From: Octopus sinensis
Taxonomy: Eukaryota
Reading direction: 5' to 3'
Length of the DNA stretch: 64,000 nt
NCBI RefSeq assembly: GCF_006345805.1
Contig: NC_043005.1
Location: 51,274,001 to 51,338,000 of the forward strand
This document shows positions 38,890 to 51,344 of this stretch, piece by piece. Both the position numbers and the translations under genes were made by a program. Positions within the stretch are counted from its first letter, which is position 1. Every line of letters begins with the position of its first letter. Under the pieces are notes generated by a model, which saw only the letters and a program-made list of their open reading frames with translations, had not been told where the DNA came from and did not search any database.

Positions 38890-39104
38890 CGTTTTTTTTT
38901 ACTATTTATTAAAATTTTATGTATTAATTAAGTCTTTCCTTTTTGTTTTGCAAAATAGTGGTTTTGTCTCGAATAATATTTTATAATATTTTACTATAAA
39001 TCGATTTAATCCTAAATCTGATTTTTTCCCTGTAAATTTGGATTTATTCCCTAATATTTATTATTATATATATATATTATACATATATATATACATATAT
39101 ATAT

Positions 39105-39138
<34 letters not shown>

Positions 39139-39191
39139 CATATATATACTATATATCTATAATATATACATATATATATAATATATATACA

Positions 39192-39336
<145 letters not shown>

Positions 39337-39353
39337 TCTACATATATATATAG

Positions 39354-39402
<49 letters not shown>

Positions 39403-39463
39403 CATTATATACATACATATATATATATAATATATATATATATTATATATATATATATATATA

Positions 39464-39730
39464 AAAGGAAATGAAGAAAATGCTGACACAAATAATTTAA
39501 GTAATTTAAGTAATTTAATTAAGTGAAAGTTCTTTTTACCGGTTGCGCATTGTTATGCTTATCAAAAGATAGATTTTTTCCTCTTATCTGACTTTTTGAA
39601 AGTCAGATAAGAGGAAAAAATCTATCTTTTGATAAGCATAACAAAATGCGCAACCGGTAAAAAGAACTTCACCTAATAAATTACTTAAATTACTTAAATT
39701 ATTTTGTCAGCATTTTCTTCATTCCTTTTT
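39464..39730. repeat. ~265-bp fold-back element with a ~3-nt loop at 39596-39598
   Basis: Arms are reverse complements. Confidence 0.93.
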
Positions 39731-39786
39731 ATATATCACAACTCGTGTTCCACATCTCCTTTTTTAAATATATATATATATATATA

Positions 39787-39824
<38 letters not shown>

Positions 39825-39825
<1 letters not shown>

Positions 39826-40860
39826 CTTAGCGGCATTTCTTCCGACTTACGTTCTGAGTTCAAATTCCGCCGAAGTCTACTTTGCTTTTCATCATTTCGG
39901 AGTCGATCCCTTTCCCCGAACTTACTGGCCTTGCACCAAAATTTGAAATCAATTTTTATTGATGTCAAGGTGGCGAGCTGGCAGAATTGTTACCGCACCG
40001 GGAAAAGTACTTAGCAGCGTTTCTTCCAACTTTACATTCTGAGTTCAAATTCTGCCGGGGTCGATTTTGCCTTTCATCCTTTCGAGGTCGATTAAATACG
40101 TACCAGTTGAATACTGGGAACGATGTAATCGACTTACCACTTTCCCCGAGATAGCTGGCTTTATCTCAAAATTTGAAACCAATATTTACGCTGATGTTTC
40201 ATTGCTAAACGAAGAATTATAACGTTTTTACCTCGTTTCCCATCAGTACAAATACAACTACTACTATCGTTAAGGCGGCGAGCTGGCAGCATCGTTAGTA
40301 TGCTAGATAAAATTCTTAACCGCATCTCGTTCATCCTTACGTTCTGAGTTCAAATTACGCCATGGTCGACTTTGCCTTTAATATTTTAAGGATCGATAAA
40401 ATAAATATAATAGGCGCAGGAGTGGCTGTGTGGTAAGTAGCTTGCTAACCAACCACATGGTTCCGGGTTCAGTCCCACTGCGTGGCATCTTGGGCAAGTG
40501 TCTTCTACTATAGCCCCGGGCCGACCAATGCCTTGTGAGTGGATTTGGTAGATGGAAGCTGAAAGAAGCCTGTCGTATATATGTATATATATATAAGTGT
40601 GTGTGTATATGTTTGTCCCCCTAGCATTGCTTGACAACCGATGCTGGTGTGTTTATGTCCCCGTCATTTAGCGGTTCGGCAAAAGAGAACGATAGAATAA
40701 GTACTGGGCTTACAAAGAATAAGTCCCGGGGTCGATTTGCTCGACTAAAGGCGGTGCTCCAGCATGGCCGCAGTCAAATGACTGAAACAAGTAAAAGAGT
40801 AAAAGAGAGTAAAGAGAGCATTTGGGTCGATGTAATCGACTTACCTCTTTCCACTAGAAT
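39825..40860 (+). mobile_element. SINE cluster including a CORE-like SINE (ggcgcaggagtggctgtgtggtaag at ~40413-40810)
   Basis: Same families as 42689 and 43226. Confidence 0.8.
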
Positions 40861-41228
40861 TGCTCGTCTTGACTCAAAATTTGAAACAATAATTATTTTT
40901 TTTTTTTTTTTAGTAATAAGTTATGCGATGCTGTTACGTGAGACACGATAGTTGAGTGACTGCTAACATTTCAATAAGATAAAAATAGGCTTAATAACTA
41001 ATATTCATTAAACCTGGTCACAGCAGAAGAAGAGGGCCGACTCAGAAATGTTCTTCAGCATTATGTATACCGTGAAAAGAACACATTGATCGAAGACGAA
41101 TATCTATTTAATTTGTAACACGTTCTCAACTGTCATCTTAAATTAATTTTATTAATTTTGGTGCGTATTATATCAAATATAGTTCTATAAACTCGTAATT
41201 TATTATTTTCTTTTCGAATATTATTTAG

Positions 41229-41459
41229 AATATGCAATGTTGTATCTACCGGACTTAATAAGCCCTGCGAAGGAAACTCTACCGAAACCAAAACCTGTGT
41301 CAGTAAACTATGTCAATGCACTTACGTTGTCAATAATTTGACTGGACTTGCATATATTGAAAAGGATGGCAAGCCAGGATATACAAATATAACTGAAAAA
41401 CTTCATCAAGGGGACATATTAGAAGATGGAGTACAATTTTTCCAAGACTGCAACACATG
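41229..41459 (+). CDS. Exon: second half of TSP1 repeat 1, linker and start of a Cys motif (ICNVV...CEGNSTETKTCVSKLCQC...FQDCNT), phase 2-2; absent from the ORF track
   Basis: ttatttag acceptor, tg|gtatgt donor; TSP1 C.G...E...C pattern. Confidence 0.87.
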
Positions 41460-42688
41460 GTATGTATATTTTAAGTATTTCATAATCTTTATTATATTTT
41501 CAACGTGTAATTGATGGGGTATTTTTTAGTTGCCTGTACCAACATCGAGTTTCATAGAGTGAATCGGATAGATTCTATCCAATTCATTCTATGAAACTCT
41601 ATCCGATAGAACGTAAATATCGCCAGGTAATTACCAGTTTGATAATGTGGAATAAAGTATTCTACTTGACAGGTAAGTATAACACAGAGTATATGAACTC
41701 ACGCTTAACAAGTGATTGTTGAGTATTTTACCCAGCCTGCCATCCTTCTAGAAGCTAATTAATAAAAAAAATTCCGATATAATCGATAACATTATCTCTA
41801 TGATATCACTCGACCCACAAATGACTTATTAAAGAAACTTCCTCTGAATACAATATACCTGAAATCCTTATTGGTTAACTGACTGGAATGCCTATCATTA
41901 TAAGTCTATTTATTTGGGACTGACCTGTTAATAATAATAAATGAGGTGATTAATTTGTAGTCAAAATTCCAACACTTTTCAAGTCATAATAATGCTCAGT
42001 ATTACTGAAACCGAGCGAAATAGGGCGCTGGAACAGTATAGGTAACTTTTTCCACAGAAGGAATTTAACTACACACTTCAAATTAGCGAATTACTCGTTA
42101 AATCAGCTGTGATGATGCTCCTTGAAGAGGCAAGTTGCTCTTATTCTCTCTATAAAGATGTAAAGAGATTATGTGTTAGCTGAGAGTATAGTTGCCACTT
42201 CTACTGAAAGAACAAATGACTTCTCGATCTACCAGATTTATGTCTGACGATCGACCCGGGAATGATATGAAATGCCAGCGGACGTCACCGATAGGTGGCC
42301 CATATAAGTTGGAATTTCTTCGTTTTGACGGAGATTTTTCAGATTTGTTTTTCAAGGTGCCCTGGGAAATGATCTGGAGCATCTTTTTAACAAAAGAAAT
42401 TTTGGAAAAATGGTACCTTTTAACAAACACATACACACACATATCATCTTCCCCTCTCCAGAACGATTTTGGTCGATTTTGTGGGTACTACACACAATGA
42501 TTTTTGGGGACACTATGCGGTTAAAAACTATAGAAGCTTTTTAGGGTAAAAAAGTAACTATTTTCAGACGAAAAAGTGTTAGATTTAAGGGAAATTTGGC
42601 TGTTATTTTTAGCATATCCTATGACCACCTTCCTCGTTTCTTTCTCACTCTGAGAAGTATTGATGCTTTCAATATTTTCTCCCCATTA

Positions 42689-42905
42689 GAGGCGAGCTGG
42701 CAGAAACGTTAGCACGCCGGGCGAAATGATTAGCGGTATTTCGTCTGTCTTTACGTTCTGAGTTCAAATTCCGCCGAGGTCGACTTTGCTTTTCATCCTT
42801 TCGAGGTCGATAAATTAAGTACCAGTTGCGTACTGGAGTCGATCTAATCGACTGGCTCCCTCCCCAAAAATTTCGGGCCTTGTGCCTAGAATAGAAAAGA
42901 ATACC
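42689..42905 (+). mobile_element. Full-length young SINE with a ~12-bp TSD (ttctcccc(c)atta)
   Basis: TSD at 42677-42688 and 42906-42918. Confidence 0.85.
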
Positions 42906-43225
42906 TTCTCCCCCATTAATAGCATAAACTTATTTATGCTCTTAAGAATATTTTTTGAAAATTCATGATTATAAATCCCTAAACCTTACCAGTAAAAAAG
43001 AAATTCATCAGATTTGCTTTCATTTCCCGGTACACTAAAATGACGTGAAATCGTCTACTCCGTTATAAAAGGCAACAAAACTAATATAACCGTAGGTAGA
43101 AGCTGAAAGACAAAGCTACTCTCCTTAATTTCCGTTTGGTTTTATCTGTGTAATTTTTTTCATACATGTTATCTTTCTAATCATTTTAGAGGTTTTAATT
43201 TCGTAATTTTTTTAAAAATTGCTTA

Positions 43226-43371
43226 GGCGTAGGAGTGGCTGTGAGCTAAGTAGCTTGCTTACCAACCACATGCTCCGGGTTCATTCCCACTGCGTGGCAC
43301 CTTGCGGGCTGACCAAAGCCTTGTGAGTGGATTTGGTAGACGGAAACTGAAAGAAGCCCGTCGTATATATA

Positions 43372-43414
<43 letters not shown>

Positions 43415-43424
43415 AAATTACTTG

Positions 43425-43467
<43 letters not shown>

Positions 43468-44304
43468 ATAAATACATGTACGTGTGTGTATATGTTTTTG
43501 TGTCTGTGTTTGTCCTACCAACATCGCTTGACAACCGATGCTGGTGTGTTTACGTCCCCGTAACTTAACGGTTTGGCAAAAGAGTTCGATAGAATAAGTA
43601 CTAGGCTTACAAAGAATAAGTCCTGGGGGTAATTTGCTCGACTAAAGGTGGTGTTCTAGCATGGCCACAGTCAAAATGACTGAAACAAGTAAAAGAGTAA
43701 TGTATGTAATTTTTCCTAAAATATAATCTAAAGCCTTTTAAGTTTTGGGGGTTCTGATATGTAGTCCAATACACCGCCATTTTAACACCAGCTACCCCCT
43801 AAGGGCCTTAAACAGAATTTATGCTTTCGCAACAAACTAGACGACCGGTTTCTTTACTTACATTGACCAGCCCTATTAAAATTTTTACTGTAAAATTATA
43901 TTAACAAAAGAGAAACGGACACTCTGCTGGAAGCCACCGCCGCTGCGTCAACGACCTTGGCTAACAAAACCAACTCCTACACCTGTCACTCGCCTTCCGC
44001 CACCATACGTTTCTTTGTATATTTTCAAACGCAAACGGTTCAAAATTCCCTAGCGCTAAATATGTTCTCTTCTTTTCTTTTACAGCACATGTCATCGTGG
44101 AGTCATAGCTTGTACAAGAAAAGCCTGCCTCAGTAAGTAATGCACGATTTAAAATAATCCTGCGGCTATGTGGTAAGAAGCTTGCTTCCCAATCACAAGA
44201 TTCCGGGTTCAGTCCCACTGCATGGCACTTTGAGCAAGTGTCTTCTAGCCGACCAAAACCTTGTGAGTGGATTTGGTAGACGAAAACTGAAAGAATCCCG
44301 TCGA

Positions 44305-44339
<35 letters not shown>

Positions 44340-44580
44340 GTATGTATGTATGTATGTATTTCTTTGTGTGTTTGTGCCTGTGTTTATCCCCCACCATTAC
44401 TTGACAACTGATGTTAGTGTGTTTATATCCCCGTAACTTAGCGGCAAAAGAGACCGATTGAATAAGTACCAGGCTTTCGAAGAATAAGTCCAGGGGTCGA
44501 TTTTTTTCGACTGAAAAAGGCAGTGCTCCAGCATAGCCACAGTCAAAATTACTGAAATAAGTAAAAGAATAAAAGAATAA
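43226..44580 (+). mobile_element. Two CORE-like SINE copies (43226-43700 and 44160-44580) flanking the 47-nt exon
   Basis: Shared head, gtgagtggatttggtagacg core and cagcatggccacagtc tail. Confidence 0.8.
44086..44132 (+). CDS. 47-nt exon completing the Cys motif (CTCHRGVIACTRKACL), phase 2-1
   Basis: cttttcttttacag acceptor, a|gtaagt donor; exactly bridges phase 2 to phase 1. Confidence 0.88.
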
Positions 44581-45909
44581 CTTCCAATAATTATAATTTC
44601 CTATAACAATTGTTATATTGTAAAAGAGAAGCTAATCTCCGTCTGCCTGTCTGTTACACCATCTATTAGAGGGAGGGAAGAAGGGAAAGGATCAAAAGGG
44701 AAAATACCACATGTCGTAACGTATATTTTGAAGAAGGGGAATAGAAAAGTTATTGTTGAGAAATACAGTGAAAGTGATGGTGTGGGAAAGATTGATAGAT
44801 AGTTTGATAGTGTTGTCATCATAGTAACTAAAAAACTTTGATTAAAAACATGAGAATTTTAAGTGCAAGTCTGTCAACACAACACAACACAGACTTTAAA
44901 AAATAACTATATTTATAATTATATAATACATATAGTCATCTCTTTGGTTGATTGGGTCTGTCTTTCTGTGTTTGTGTGTGTTTCTGTATGTTTTTCAATA
45001 TGTAGGTAAAGCAACACAGACTTTTCACTATAATGAAGTTGTTGTTGTTGAGAAATACAGTGAGAGAGTGTGTGTGAAAGATAGACTTAAAATTTGTTCC
45101 CAGAAAAAAAACTGGGTGTTGTCGAGCATGTCAATGTGATCATTGCTGTGGACTTTTGCTGAAGGATCTTTTTCATCTTGACCCGGCAGTATAGCAACGG
45201 TTAATGACTACTCTGATTTGAATTTAACAAATTCAAAATAGTTTCTTTGAATATTTGTACTCAAATATCATTTTAATCTTCTTTCTACTATACGCACAAG
45301 GCCTGTTATTTTAGGGAGAGGGCTAATCTATTACATCGACACCAGTGCTCAAATAGTACTTATTTCATCGACCATGAAAGGCAAAGTCGAAATCGTTGGA
45401 ATTTGAGCTAAGGATATAAAACCAGAAAAATGTTGCTAAGCATTTTGCCGAGTTGCTAACGATTCCGCCATCTCGCCGCGCTAGGCTTATATTCTTCTAT
45501 ATATTTTACACAAACTGCCATTCATAAGGCGGTGGACTAGCAGAGTCGTGATTCGTTAGAGGACAAGATAGAATCCGTTGCGATATTTGTTTTGGCTCTC
45601 TATGATCTGAGTTCACATCTCGCTGAAGTCAGTTTTGCTTCACATTTTGTTGTCATCGATAAATAAAGTACCAGCATAGTGCAACTCTCTCTCTCTCTCT
45701 CTCTTCATCTTTCTCCTTTCCCTTCTCCTTTTCCAGTTCTTATATCTTGCATATTCTATTGGTACAAAATTAGGAGGGGTGACATGGTATCTGAGTCTGC
45801 CCGCAGCTAAAACAATTGGTGAAACTGTGGTACATACAATCAAGTACATATATACACAATACACACGCTTAAAAGTGTCATAAACGTTAATATATTATTT
45901 TTCTTACAG

Positions 45910-46068
45910 ACTGTGCTTACACTGTGTGGTCCGAATGGTCGAAATGCAGTTCACCTTGTGATAGTAACACGCAAACAAGGACTCGTGTGAAATTGACGGG
46001 CATAGGAAAAGAAAGTTGCAATAAGGAGCTTACGGAAACTAAAACGTGTAATAAAACGTCTTGTGAAG
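45910..46068 (+). CDS. Exon: TSP1 repeat 2 (CAYTVWSEWSKCSSPCDSNTQTRTR...CNKELTETKTCNKTSCE), phase 1-1
   Basis: ttttcttacag acceptor, g|gtaag donor; WSEWS.CS..C and RTR motifs. Confidence 0.92.
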
Positions 46069-46379
46069 GTAAGAGAATATGGCTGCTTCTTCCTTTGTTC
46101 ATTTATATCTTAGGATAGGGGTGTTCAAACTTTAGGACACAAAAGGACCATTACGTCCTGGGAAAGAGGCACAGCGCGCCAAATGTGAGATGAACAGCAG
46201 CCTGATTTCCATCAGTTATAATGGCAAACCTGCAATACAGGTGGTTGGTTGCTATTTACTTATAAAGATGAATACGCATTGTGAATTAGTACAAAATGTG
46301 AAAATATATATATATTAAAAAATATTCGTTTACTGAATTCAGATTTGATCCAAAAAATTTCATGTTAAAGATACGTTCT

Positions 46380-47620
46380 GGTTAACTCTTTGTAGCAACC
46401 AGATATTCTGTGGCCGGTTTCAGATTGCGTAAATCAGCCAAACTCAACAGAGGTTGTGAATGTGCATTACTTAGTTTTGAGTGCAGACTTTTTTCAATCT
46501 CCATCAGTGTTGTTTTTAAGCGGAACCTTTCGCTACTTTTAGAATGTTGGTTGAAGTGATTAGCAAACTTCGTCCGTCGTCTCACGAGGATCTTCCTTTC
46601 TCTTGGAATCTTGTTCCTTTTTGTGTTAGCTTTGTGCTCTGGGATATATATCTGGCATATGGCTTGCATAACAGACCTGAAATATTCTAGTTTCATGCCA
46701 ATGTTTGGTGTGGAGAGACATTTCGGCCAATCCTGTCTGAGGATCTCTTTTTGGATCGATTTCCAGTCTAGTTTGCGGAAGTTCAGATTGGAGAGATTTT
46801 GGGTGCTTCATTTAGGCTGTATGTCTCTGGCTACTTTTGGCCCAGACATAGACAGCACTATTATGTTGTGATCCTAGATTAATGTCAGCGTCACTTTCAC
46901 ATCATGAACGTTGTTCGTATTGCTTGTAAAGCAGAGATCCAAAATGTTATTGGCCCTAGTTGGTCTGAGTACTACTTGCTACATGAATAGGGCATTGGTG
47001 AGATTGAGCAAGGACACCACCTAAGCTTGTTTGCAATGAGTCATTCCTGAGAGCATCAGGCCTTCGGACCATTTTACATTGGAGAATTTGAAATCACCCA
47101 TAAGAAATATGCCCACGTGGTGTTCCAGTCTCATGAGGATTTCTTTAATGTTTGTGAGATAATCTTTAAACTTCCCTATATGGTTTGGAGCATACGGTGG
47201 GCGATATGTATTGCATATGACTATATTGTGTTGTCTTATGTATACAATTAGAGTGTCACATACTGAATTTGAGTATGACAGTAAGACCTGGGGTGTGAGA
47301 GTATCACGGATATATACAACTCCACCATCGCTCCTTTCCCTTCTGTCTGTTCGCAGTATAGTATATTTTGGTACGTGTACTTCTGCATCCTCTATATCAG
47401 GGCTCAGATGAGTTTCCACGAGTGCTATGGATAGGGCTTACCTAGAACATTCATCGCGGAAACAGAGATCGTTTTACTTTTGCTTTAAATAATTACCAAC
47501 TTTGCAATTCTACCAGTCATTACTCGGGGTGTAATCGGAATGTCAGCTTTTCTTTTCCTCGCGCCTGCCGAACTTATTGACACCAAATAAATTCTGTTTT
47601 TGTTCGTTTTTTGTTTTTTG
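46380..47620 (-). mobile_element. Degenerate CR1/L2-like LINE fragment (AP endonuclease region) in the last intron
   Basis: ETHL.PDI.DAE...P.YTI.R.DR..R..GGV..YIR and MGDF.F..V.W motifs. Confidence 0.82.
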
Positions 47621-47944
47621 TTCCGGGACACCTTTGAATTAACATTCTCGGTTTGACTTTCCCGCTTTCTTTTTGCTTTGTTTTTTAATCCAAACCTAGA
47701 ATATAAAAACCTGATTTAGTTAATGTGTCCTATTTTAAGACGACAGCGTGTTATTTTAAGGAAATTTAGATACTATTTCTAGCAAAGTGCTTGCTTCCTA
47801 AAGCACTTTCATTGTCCTCTATCATAGTCATAAACCACCATCACCATCAATCACCTGTATCATCATCACTGTCATCGCTATTACCAGCACCGCTACTCCT
47901 ACAACGACCTACACCTTGTCTTTGTTTTTGTTTTGTTTTTATAG

Positions 47945-48234
47945 CTGTTTGCCAGCTTCGCAGTCGAGTTGGTTACATCACAGACAGTGCTGGATGCGCA
48001 TCTGATAACATAGCTGATACATCGTACTGTAGTGGTCTCTGTGGAGAAAGCTCTTCGGTGCCGAGACTTATGGAAGATGCAAACGGTATCATAACAATGA
48101 CTAATGACTGCAAATGCTGTACAGGTAAAACTGGATCTCAAATTTCGGTGCCGATGACATGCGCAAATGGCTTGAAAAAGACAGTATACGTCCGTCCGAT
48201 GGTTTCATGCAGTTGTAATAAATGCATGAGTTAG
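47945..48234 (+). CDS. Terminal exon: C-terminal cystine knot (CTCK) with 11 Cys, stop TAG
   Basis: ttttatag acceptor; C-x14-C-x10-CSGLC...CKCC...C...CSCNKC pattern. Confidence 0.92.
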
Positions 48235-49184
48235 CGTGAGTATTAATTATTTACAATATTTTTTTCGCGAAAATCGAGCTTTTAATTCCACCTCATAAAT
48301 AGAGCTGTTTGTTCCATCTCAATGTTCTCAGCTTCAAATTGTGCTCCCCTTTTGCTTATTGAAACTTCCCGATATCGAAAAAAATTAAGCTGATTCATTC
48401 AGTTAGACGGTGGTCCTTGGGGGATCCATATTAGATATTGTTTTTAAAATTTATGTACAATAAGTTTACTATATTTCTACAATGCATAAAATATTTTAAT
48501 TTTCTTAATATTATTTAATCATAAATGTGCAGTAGTTTACATACATCGAATGGCTATGGTGATCCAGTAGAGTAAAACAGGAATCAAAGGAATCCATTGG
48601 CAAAATATGGTTCAGAGCCAATGGGTTAAACCACTGAGACCTTGTAATAATGTAAAAATCGAAGCATGATTGTCTGCGGGTATGTGAAAGCTTATCTTGT
48701 GATGGTAGAAATCACAAAAGCTTCGAATATTTAATTAATGCTTTTAAGTTCTGGAGTTCTTCCCAGAGTTGAGTTTGCTTTCCGTTCGAGAACAAGAATA
48801 TATCCACTCTGCGGTGTATTACACAACAGTCCGTCCTTGGATGGTTACAATAAGTTATTAGCTTTCCTTTTCGTTTCTCTGGGAGGAGGTTACATGCCTG
48901 CCCCCTCGCTTAATATTTCTCTATTTCTCCGGAGGCGAATACTGTGCTTAGTCCCCGGCGACCGCTTTCGCAGCGCAACATCACTGATTCCGAGAAAGAT
49001 AGTGAGAGAGAAAAAAGAAAGGAATCCAATTATTTATTGATAGCAAAGAGATGGAAAGTAAAATTGACATCCGGTAGATACGAACTCAGAGCGCAGGAAG
49101 CCGGGACAAGTACCACAAGGCATTTTCTCTAATGTTCTGACCCCTCTGCTAATTTACCGCCTTATATCAAATGTATAGTGCACA

Positions 49185-49190
49185 AATAAA
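49185..49190 (+). promoter_or_regulatory. Candidate polyadenylation signal AATAAA
   Basis: First canonical AATAAA I found after the stop (~950 nt downstream), with TGTA upstream and T-rich sequence downstream; not confirmable. Confidence 0.3.
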
Positions 49191-49279
49191 GCTATATGTA
49201 ATTTTGAACTAGTTATCACCATTATTGTAAGTAGTAGTAGTAGTAGTAGTAGTATTCGGCTATAAGCTTTATTTTCAAA

Positions 49280-49665
49280 TGTCACTGAGGTTAACATTGC
49301 CGTTCATCCTTTCGGGGTCGATAAATTAAGTACCAGTTGCGTGCTGGGGTCGATCAAATCGCTCCCCCAAAATTTCAGGCCTTGTGCCTATAGTAGAAAG
49401 GATTATCATTATTATTATTATTATATTATAGGCGGGGCGGCTGGCAAAATCGTTAGCACGCCAGGCAAAATGGTTAGCGGCATTTAGTCCCTCTTTACGT
49501 TCTGAGTTCAAACTTCACCGAGATTGACTTTGCTTTTCATCCTTTCGAGGTCGATGAATTAAGTAGCAGTTGCATAGTGGGGCAGAATTTGAACTCAGAA
49601 CGTAAAGACAGACGAAATGCCGCTAAGCATTTTTGTCCAGCGTCCTAACGATTCTGCCATTTCGT
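49280..49665. mobile_element. Three SINE pieces; the last two are inverted relative to each other
   Basis: Forward 49280-49400 and 49430-49570; reverse 49580-49660. Confidence 0.75.
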
Positions 49666-51297
49666 TTTTTTTTTTGTTTCTTTTTTTGTCTTCTGTTAAT
49701 ACTCTACGTAACTATTATTTTCTTTTCTTACGGTTGTATGCTATACATTTAATGCACTAAATTAACTCTTGATTTGCCACGCAAGAATGCACAACAGATA
49801 CGTTAACACTACTAAACTATTAAATATGTTAACACGAACTTAACAAGTAATTATTTTACCTACCACCCTTTTTCTACCTGGTTCAAATGAAATCAAAAAT
49901 TGATCATAAAAAATGTGAATACAAAACGTGAGCGGTCGAGTGACGTTCTGCCAAGAGACTGATCCTTATTACAGATTATAACCTTATATTTATCACATGT
50001 ATATCAACATTTTTCTAAAATATTATTTTTCAAATAAAATGTTCATTCCCTTTCACTAATTATTATCTTATTACAGATTAAAAATATAATTCTTTATCTC
50101 ATTTTTTGTCATTTATCTTCTTTTTTTTCTTTTTCAGAAACTCATCAAAATCTGGGCTAAATACATCCATTCCAGTTTTTTCTCTTCCTATTTATTATAA
50201 CTATTGTCGTCACTTAATTATTACTAGTATAACATGATATAATACAAAATAGTATAATATTAGAAAAAATAAATATAAAATATAATTTAATTTGATTTAG
50301 CGTTAAAAAAAAATGCCAAATAGTGAACGTCGAAGAGTTAGATATTGTACTAACGCGAAAGTATGATACCAATATTTTTCACTTCACTTTAAGTTGTACA
50401 TTATTTTTTTTAAAACAAACATAGAATATAATAATACAACCAAAATCCTGAATAAAAACATGCAGTGAAAACATTTCGTTTTTGGTTTTTAATGATTTAA
50501 AAAAAAAAGATTATTCTTTTACACTTTTACTTGTTTCAGTTTATTAGACTGCTGCCATGCCGAGGCACCTCCTTTAAGGATTTTTTTAGTTGATCTTATC
50601 GACTCCAATGTTGATTTTGGAGGTGTTTGAAGATTTTCAACATCTATTTTAGTAAAACTTAATTGTCACATTGTTAGATTGCACAACAGAAGAAAAGCAG
50701 TTTTCTCGAGCATTGTTAACATAGTGACAGACAGACAGACACACACACACACACATATATATATTTATATTTATTTATTTATTTATTTATTGCCCACAAG
50801 GGGCTAAACATAAAGGGGACAAACAAGGTCAGACAAAGGGATTAAGTCGATCCTCGGCGGAATTTGAACGCAGAACACGTAACACCAGGCGAAATAACAT
50901 ATATATATATATATATATATGATATACATACACGTGTGTGTGTGTATATATATATATATCAAATATATATCCCAGTAGAAAACGAAGCAGAAATTTCGCG
51001 GTTGATACCTAACATTTTTTAATCTTTTTTTGTATAGCTTTTTCGACGTATAGAAACATCATTTATATAATCATGTAATTAATATATTTTTTATAAGTGA
51101 ATTTAAATGCGATAGATAAAATTTATCATCGGAAGAAAAGTTGAGGTATGAAAATAAAAATAGCTTTAGTATTTTAAATCTGATATAACAGGACAAAGAG
51201 AAAATAAGGACGAAAACGACAAAAAGAAGGAAAAAATCTGTAAGTACACATGGAAAAACAAAATATAAACATGTGAACGTTAACGTAGACATTTACA

Positions 51298-51344
<47 letters not shown>

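Larger units (their letters stand above)
38665..38984. repeat. ~320-bp near-perfect palindrome with no loop (centre tcaaa|tttga at 38825/38826)
   Basis: Arms are reverse complements apart from a few indels. Confidence 0.95.

Noticed and set aside
41665-41680. Perfect AG|GTAAGT donor in an intron
   Set aside because: No associated open exon with compatible phase; 41459 to 44086 already joins in frame
47791-47944. 5' part of the 147-aa ORF, resembling a hydrophobic leader
   Set aside because: Intron microsatellite and polypyrimidine tract; the exon starts at 47945
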